This document shows, one piece after another, positions 57,640 through 64,000 of a stretch of DNA of 64,000 nt (the stretch's first letter is position 1; each line of letters begins with the position of its first letter). Under the pieces are notes generated by a model that ran no database searches, had not been told where the DNA came from, and was given only the letters and a program-made list of their open reading frames with translations. A program made the translations under genes and the position numbers. The stretch comes from Octopus sinensis (lineage: Eukaryota): NCBI RefSeq assembly GCF_006345805.1, contig NC_043013.1, forward strand, positions 56,730,001-56,794,000, in the 5' to 3' direction.

Positions 57640-58599
57640 GAATATTTTTAAAATCTTAGGGAATTATAAGTATCCCAGGTTATCAGGACATTTGCTATTT
57701 TACACTTTACTATTACAAATTTGGGATTCTGCCGATAGAATTGCAACTTCTATTTCAGGATAACCTTAACGCATGATAGAAGGAGCAGCCATTTACACAG
57801 GAACGAGAAGGAGTAAACATTATGTCGATAAATATTCTTCCTTTCTTCATCTTTTTACTAAATTTTTTACTAGTTTTATTCTATAAATTTATAACAAAAA
57901 AGTGGTTTTTACTAACAATATTTTTTAATACCATTAACTTACGTTTGACATAAAAAATGGTAATTTATACTTGTATAGATAGGGGTAACACTAAATTATT
58001 AATTCCCGTAATGCTTATATAGATAGGTTGTAGGATTTGATGTGTTTATGATATAGTCATTGAGGGTTTCCTTAGGTTTAGAATTTTATATATATAATCA
58101 GTATTGTAATTTTAGGTGTTTAATTTTTTAATTTTTTAAATTAAAAAAAATTTCAATTTGTGTAATTTTCCAATTTCTAAAAATATATTTGTAATTTATA
58201 TATTTTTATTAATATTTTCCTATTTAAGATGACTTATAATATGTATTTTTAACCTTGATCCATTAATAATAATAACAATACGATAAATAGCCTGAGGACG
58301 CATTGGTGGATTTATGTATTAGCTATAGCCTTTATAAACACCCCACCAGTGCAGAAACACGTGTAGCATTGATTAAAAATATCTTCTTTCAACACAGACT
58401 AATAACAGGTAAGTTATATAGATTTTTTCAAATAGGTTTTCAAAATATTTTTTCAAATAATTTTATTGTATTTTATAGTAGGTTTTTTTAACTGCTTATA
58501 TTATTTCATTGGATATAAATTTATATGTGTATTCCATACAATAAGGTTATCCTGAAATAGGAGTTGCAGTGCTTTTGGTAAAATCCCAAATTTGTAATA
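57640..58599 (+). mobile_element. AT-rich hammerhead-bearing element with ~58 bp inverted repeats, in a TA/CA microsatellite
   Basis: 57711-57768 is an imperfect inverted repeat of 58542-58599; internal hammerhead at 58286. Confidence 0.6.
58286..58370 (+). ncRNA. Minimal type I hammerhead ribozyme motif
   Basis: AATAGC-CTGAGGA-C-GCATTGGTGG...CCACCAGTGC-A-GAAA-CACGTG-TA-GCATT. Confidence 0.75.
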
Positions 58600-58845
58600 A
58601 TACACACACACACACACATATATATATATATGCATACACACACACATATGACCACGTGTGTCTCGTTGGCGATTTTCTTTCTCTGTCTTCCCTTCCTTGG
58701 ACCTTTACTTTTTCTTTGTATGTGACGAAGAGCTCCGCTCAAAACATTAAATCTCCTTCTTTCTTTCCTTTCCTGAGCGTCCAATAACACTATACTTGTT
58801 CCACGTCCTCACGTTGTTATGTTTTCTTTTTGTTCATGTTTGGAT

Positions 58846-58889
<44 letters not shown>

Positions 58890-59095
58890 TATATATATAA
58901 ATGAAAGAATGGAGTCGAACGAAGATGTTAACAAAATTCCTTTACTCTCAACACACAAATTTCTGCACATGAACCCGGAGTTTCTACCCTTGACAGGTCG
59001 CTTCAACCGTGTTTCTGACGTGAATTTGCTACCCAGGTTTTGGTTAAACGAATTTTCCATGCTGACGATAAACATAGGATAATTCATTTACCTAC

Positions 59096-59128
<33 letters not shown>

Positions 59129-59185
59129 CATACATACATACATACATACATGTATATATGTATATAAACATATATATACATACAC

Positions 59186-59222
<37 letters not shown>

Positions 59223-59897
59223 CACACATGTATATATGTATGTAAATATATATATAATATATATATATAAACATAAACTTATATATTAGTGTTTGTGTAT
59301 GTAGATGTATATATATAGATACACATACATGTATACATGCAATAATTGTATATATAATAAATATATTTCTATATATCTATATCTGTCTATCTATACACAC
59401 ACACACACACACATGCATATATGTATCTATGTTTGTGCGCTTAAAAATATGTTTTCTCCTGTAGTGACAATATGTTCCTGTGCTTCTTATGGCAACAGGT
59501 CCAGTAATAGCTTAATGACTGAAGAATGATCGGAATATGTTGGGAGAATTTCCCACATTTAATGACTTTTAATTTCCCACATTTACAGAACCATATATAC
59601 ACACCATCATGTATGCATCACCACACATGTACACACTGACACACACATGTACAAATACAGGTACTCAGATATAAGCACACGGACATGTAGATGCAGGTTT
59701 GCATTTAAATTGCGTTATGTTAATTTCAGCTTTGCTAATTTGTATTCTAGGAAAGTGGTTTCCCTAAACATTACCATTTCTCTCCCTTCTCTTTGGCTAA
59801 ATGGTGACACTCCATTATGGTCTTAAAATTCTAATGAATGAGAAATATAGACTCACATATATACACATGTATATATATATATGTATATATATATATG

Positions 59898-59981
<84 letters not shown>

Positions 59982-60777
59982 GCATACATACAAACATGCA
60001 AACAAGTATATGCTTGCACGAATATGCATAGATACTTACATAAATATATGCATGCATGTATTTATGTGATAATGTCAAATGTCTGTGAAAGCAGCTACAC
60101 AAAAACCTCATGGTTTTACCACTCTTTGCAGAATGGTGTTGATGCTTAAACCACACACAATGCAGCCCTTAAAGAAGTCTGTCCTAAGATACAAATTTGA
60201 GAATGCATCAGTTATTGAATATCAACGCAAGTAGTAGTGATGCAACATACCCATTAAAACTTATATATATTGCAGATACCGGAAAAAGTTATCTGGGACA
60301 GAAAGGTATAATTGTGTATTATCATTGGAGTCAGCTTCCAAAACCAATGAGAAGGTGACTGTCTGTGGACAGCTGCTTCAAAACCTGAAGCTTGTCTACC
60401 TTGATTATAAATTCACATTTATACAAATGGTAATGTTTGTAAATATCTCATTGCGAGTCTTTAAAAACGAAAAATGGTCAGCAAACACATACTCTACAAA
60501 CAGAATCTTTAAGTGGAATGTGAGAAATATACAAGAATTTTCTAAGGTGCAGCAAGTAACACTAATTGAATTTGTTAACCGAATTCCTGTTGGTGGAGAA
60601 GCTTTTGTTTCTTTGGAAGAATATTAGATATTAAAAAAGACATACACTTGTTTACATACATACATACATCCATCCATACATACATACATACACAGATAAC
60701 ACAACACCATATATCTATGTACATAGATATGGATGTGTGTATCTGTGTTTGTCTGTGCTTGTACATATGTATACATG

Positions 60778-60812
<35 letters not shown>

Positions 60813-61150
60813 CGCGAGTGAGAGAAAGAGTGAGAGTGAGGGATAGAGGGGGACAAAGAACAGGAGAGGGAGAGAGGTGGGTGTTGTAGGTAGAGAGATA
60901 TAAAGAGTGATATTTTAATGAATTCTTGTTCAAAGATATAAAAACACCGAATGCAAACTTCATGTTAGACGTTGTCTACAGATTCTTATAAATGCTGATT
61001 TATGAGTGATAAACGGGGACTAAATCACAGTTTCATTCATCAGGTTGACTGAGAAACCCACTGAGGCTTATGGTCGATAGACAGAACGACACTATAGTTT
61101 AGCTCTGCATTTGTCTGAATATATTTATATTAATATTAATTTCCTTGCGT

Positions 61151-61185
<35 letters not shown>

Positions 61186-61854
61186 AATTCATCTCCTTGG
61201 TTGGACAAATAAAGAAGTGTCTTGGGAGATCCATGTTCATATAGATCTCCTATAAATTATTCTTGACACAAATATGCTCCCTGGTAGACCCCTTCCGTGA
61301 TGTTTGCAGTACATTAATAAGACAGGACTTTAATGCTTGTCTACATGCTCACTCATTTTGTTTCTCTCATATGTTTCACTTTATATTTTATTCATTGTGG
61401 CTCACTGCTATTTATATCATGGACTTATGGAACCAATTTATGTGAAACCCTAAACAGATGCAGAATCACCTTTATTTCCGAGAAGATTTATTGCAAGATT
61501 TTTAGAAATTACTCTTGTATTTTCTTTAAGCGACAATATTAATTGGGATTAATTTTTCCCAATAATACATTTCATAAAGATATTGGTCATAACCCCGACT
61601 AATTTATAAGTAATTGCACAGTATGCTGAGTGTATAAATAGATTCATTACATGAATTAAGAGATGCACTGTGAAGTGCATGCATCTCCGGTCACTAGACA
61701 CACACAAATATACACACATGTGCACCCCACACACATACACTTAGACACATACACAAGTTCACATATACATTTATTCATGTGTTTGTATGCACGAAGATCT
61801 ATCAGCCTGTTGCATTTTGTTTGTGGGTTGGCCTACATTTATGTATGCATAAGG

Positions 61855-62055
61855 TGCAAAGCTGGACGCATCATTATTGCACTTGGCAAAATGCTTTGGC
61901 TTGTCTTTATTCACTGAGTTCAGATTCCGCTGAGTTGAACTTTGCCTTTCGTACGTACAGGGTCAATTGGATAAATACCAGCTGAGGATTGGCATTGATG
62001 TAATTAGCTTAGACCTACACCAAAATTGCTGGCCTTGTGTCAAAATATGCAACAA
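61855..62055 (+). mobile_element. SINE family A, degraded
   Basis: GAGTTCAGATTCC B-box, CTTTGCCTTTC core, ATTGCTGGCCTTGTGTCAAAAT 3' end. Confidence 0.65.
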
Positions 62056-62750
62056 CAATGCAAGTATTTACACAACATTTTTATGATGCATGTGTATATG
62101 AGTATGCATATATATATACACACACACACGCACACACACATGCTTATATCTTTCACTCTCTCATTTCCCTTACTCCCCATCTCACTCTCTCTCTCTATAT
62201 GTATATCTCTTATTATAAAAGGCAGATTTTATCTGCCTCCCTTTGGGAGTTATACAAATCTACAATATAGGATTTCTTCAATTACAATTTACCTAGCATT
62301 TTTAAGAGTACAATGCATCGCGTCATGCCAGGTCCAGTTTTCAAAATTTAAACTCCAATTAAGCAAAAATTTACAGAAAACTCACATTCTGGTGTGTGTG
62401 TGTCAAAGTTGCTTTTCTTAGTCTGCTTTACACCACACGCAAACGCACACACACAGTGGGCAACGAATAAAATGAAACTAATTCACTTACTGTAGTGAGT
62501 GATTCTTTCACTCTGCCTCCCACTTCCTATCTTCCACACATAGACACGCAAATATATAAATAAAATTGTAAGCTAACGTCGTGTGTGTCAGTGGTGTGTT
62601 TGTGCCGTGTGTGTGTGTGTGAGGGGGGTGCGTGTGTGTGTGTGAGGGTGCGGGTGTTGTGTGTGTGTGTGTGTGTGCGTGTGCGTGAGTGTGTGACAGG
62701 AAGGAGTTTTTTTACGATGAATATAAGACCTATATCCAAGTAGCAGAAAG

Positions 62751-63005
62751 ATAAGACAATAAGGTGTGATTTGAGGGAGATTTGGCTGCTATTTCTACAT
62801 GTCTAGCTGCCATGTAGGGGTCTTCCTCATAGGCTCATACATATACATAGATAAGACAGTAAGGTGTGATTTGGGGGGAATTTGGCTGCTATTTCTACCA
62901 GGTCTAGCTACCATGTAGAGGTCCCCCTCATTGGCTCAATATATATACATCATAAGACAGTAAGGTGTGATTTGAGGGAGATTTGGCTGCTGTTTCTACC
63001 AGGTC
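62751..63005. repeat. ~100 bp tandem repeat, 2.5 copies, of a dispersed repeat motif
   Basis: Units start at 62751, 62851, 62952; the GAGGGAGATTTGGCTGCTATTTCTA motif also occurs near 11525, 11950, 13310, 14565, 51075. Confidence 0.9.
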
Positions 63006-63362
63006 TGTTAGGTCTTCTCTGTAAACTCAAGCTTTCTCATGCCTTGAACATAAGACCAAAGCAGAGATGTATTCTTTATTCTTCTGCTTTTTCCAGCCAT
63101 TGGTCTGTGGCCATGCTGGGGCAATGCCTTGAAGAATTGTAGTTTAATGAATCAACTCCGTTTTATTTTTGTAAGCATTGTACTTATTCTATCTGTTTCC
63201 TTTGTCAAACCACTAGGGACAGGGATGTAAACAAACCAACATTCGTTGTCAAGCAGTGGTGGAGGACAATCACAAGCACAGACACGCACACACACACATA
63301 CATGCATACACATATACACACTACATACATACATACATATATATATATGTGTTATATATATA

Positions 63363-63617
63363 TTGCAGCGTGGAAGGTGTTTGTAAGCCATTTAAGAAAC
63401 ACACAAAAACCGTTACATTCACTTCAACATTTAATTTAATTTGCCAAAATATTTTCGTCGCTTTGAGACCGCGACCTGTTCACTGACAAAAATATCGTGC
63501 TAACAGGTCGCGGTCTCAAAGCGACGAAAATATTTTGACAAATTAATTTAAATGTTGAAGTGAATCTAACGGTTTTTGTGTGTTTCTAAAGGGCTTATAA
63601 ACACCTCAACGCTGCAA
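63363..63617. repeat. Inverted repeat (~117 bp arms, 21 bp spacer) in a (TA)n-flanked element
   Basis: 63363-63480 versus 63502-63617; unique extension to ~63680, then (TA)n. Confidence 0.92.
63441..63489 (-). ncRNA. Hammerhead-like motif with G3:C8 core variant
   Basis: Minus strand TTGTCA-GTGAACA-G-GTCGC-GGTCTCAAA-GCGAC-GAAA-ATAT-TT-TGGCAA. Confidence 0.6.
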
Positions 63618-63777
63618 CTGTTTTCGTTCCAGCACACGATCTCAGATCAGTCACTTGCTATGCAAGTACATCTCTGTAACTATATATATATTTATATATA
63701 TATATATATGTATATTGGTAAAAACAGTAAGATAACAAAGAAAGAAAGAGACCTCAATATTATGTAAATAGAGGAAA

Positions 63778-64000
63778 TCTTATATATAAAAGTGAGGTTG
63801 TGTGTCTGTCTCCTACGATTTAGATTCCTAACTACTCCACATTTTGCGGTGCAGTTTAACCAAAACGGGTATCTTATAGTCGTGATTCATATCGAGACCG
63901 TCTGGGTATTAGCGCGCGTCTACGATGAGTCTACGATTTAAAAAAAAATTTACCATCAATTTTTCCCATTGTTAATCCATTTTTGACATATATAAGGGAA
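63778..64000 (+). mobile_element. Probable 5' end of a Helitron-type element, running off the window
   Basis: A|TCTTATATATAAAAG followed by a short TGTGTGTCTGTC tract; CpG-rich, apparently young sequence; 3' end not visible. Confidence 0.5.

Overview
AT-rich, repeat-dominated eukaryotic DNA. The SINE, RTE, Dong/R4 and Penelope-like families and the very high (TA)n/(TATG)n/(AAT)n content suggest a cephalopod (Octopus-like) intron or intergenic region; the taxon is an inference. No host protein-coding gene is recognisable, and nearly all ORFs in the track are microsatellite artefacts. Real coding remnants are all transposon-derived: a near-intact Dong/R4 LINE (28.6-32.7 kb, -) inside the Asn-repeat linker of a Penelope-like element (PLE; 26.8-33.1 kb, -), a 5'-truncated RTE LINE with a PHD-like finger (33.1-35.7 kb, +), a second PLE (36.8-38.3 kb, -), a Tc1 element with long IR/DR-type TIRs (42.5-44.2 kb), a deleted mariner (12.0-12.5 kb) and smaller fragments. 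The most interesting signal is non-coding. At least four minimal type I hammerhead ribozyme motifs with palindromic stem III lie in PLE ends or (TA)n-embedded mini-elements (26354, 26943, 58286, 63441), one with a compensatory G3:C8 core. One PLE carries a tRNA-like Pol III head in its 3' repeat, and a solo copy of that unit folds back exactly at a small hairpin in front of the head. All motifs were read by eye; no alignments, folding programs or database searches were run.
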